Below, piece after piece: positions 63,463 through 64,000 of a stretch of DNA of 64,000 bases. A program made the translations under genes and the position numbers. Origin of the DNA: Clostridia bacterium (GTDB taxonomy: Bacteria > Bacillota > Clostridia > Christensenellales > UBA1242); NCBI GenBank assembly GCA_045635805.1, contig JAZTWI010000007.1, positions 2,749-66,748 on the forward strand. Direction: 5' to 3'. The notes beneath the pieces are model-generated. The model was not told where the DNA came from and ran no database searches. It worked only from the letters and a program-made list of their open reading frames with translations. Position 1 is the stretch's first letter, and each line of letters starts with the position of its first letter.

Positions 63463-64000
63463 TTATTTTGCTTCGTACCAAGTCTTTCCAGATTCAATAT
63501 TTACAGTTAATTTTACACTTAAATCGGCAATATTTTCCATACCGTTTTTAAGTATGTCTTTCACAATATCAAGTTCGCCAGGTGCCACATCTACCACTAG
63601 TTCATCGTGAACCTGCAATATAATCTTACTATTCAAATCTCTTTCTTTCATTTCATTATAAATTTTAACCATAGCAAGTTTAATAATATCACTAGCACTG
63701 CCCTGAAGTGGCATATTCATAGCTGCCCTTTCACCAAAGTTTCTTAGGTTAAAATTAGAACTATTGATTTCTGGTACAGGTCTGATTCTACCAAACATTG
63801 TCTTTATATAACCGAACGACTTGCAATACTCCACGTTCTGTTTCATATATTCCGAAATCTTAGGATATCTAGCAAAGTATAATTTTATATACTCACTAGC
63901 TTCTTTTCTACTAACACCTATATTTTGGCTTAGACCAAAGTCACTAATACCATAAACAATTCCAAAGTTTATAGCCTTAGCACTTCTTCTCTGCTCACTT
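63463..64000 (-). CDS. polA: DNA polymerase I, C-terminal part (5-prime end beyond the window)
   Basis: The frame stays open to position 64000. Hand translation gives ..SEQRRSAKAINFGIVYGISDFGLSQN.. (motif B), then NMPLQGSASDIIK and QVHDELV (motif C). Confidence 0.92.
   Translation of the reverse strand, partial: SEQRRSAKAINFGIVYGISDFGLSQNIGVSRKEASEYIKLYFARYPKISEYMKQNVEYCKSFGYIKTMFGRIRPVPEINSSNFNLRNFGERAAMNMPLQGSASDIIKLAMVKIYNEMKERDLNSKIILQVHDELVVDVAPGELDIVKDILKNGMENIADLSVKLTVNIESGKTWYEAK

Overview
AT-rich (about 30% GC by eye), standard-code, low-GC Gram-positive (Bacillota, Clostridia-like) chromosome. About 85% of genes are on the minus strand. Most of the window is core housekeeping. It holds RNase J, a type IIA topoisomerase B/A pair, murG-ddl-murF, tsaE-tsaB-rimI, obg, nth, alaS, dnaB, hpf, ctsR-mcsA-like-clpC, an MtaD-like deaminase and the 3-prime end of polA. 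It also holds a NitT/TauT-type ABC importer, several transporters and membrane proteins.

The clear accessory segment is about 2.6-19.3 kb. A compact 12-kb minus-strand phage-derived operon sits between rnj and the topoisomerase genes. Its order is terL, two small ORFs, portal, scaffold, major capsid, five unknown virion proteins, then a BhlA-like and a phiLC3-like holin. Upstream lies a sigma-70 region-4-type late regulator.

I found no integrase, repressor, replication, long-tail, fibre or endolysin genes, and every ORF is intact. A domesticated short-tailed particle or GTA-like element, or a very recent prophage remnant, is therefore my lead hypothesis. Two C-terminally anchored SH3b exoproteins on the opposite strand flank the regulator.

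Other items worth a second look:
- a 19-nt promoter-proximal motif shared by the late regulator and an orphan promoter or sRNA candidate near 57.6 kb
- a MurF homolog whose N-terminal domain is replaced by transmembrane helices
- a roughly 205-aa Lys/Thr-rich extension on the topoisomerase A subunit
- a tandem-OB SSB-like protein without an acidic tip
- an ABC ATPase with every catalytic motif substituted
- a short AlaRS lacking the C-Ala domain
- DnaB with an acidic Pro-rich tail
- a ctsR operon without mcsB, with a canonical CtsR operator

I saw no rRNA, tRNA, CRISPR array or transposase. All calls come from reading the sequence and ORF translations only; no database search was run.
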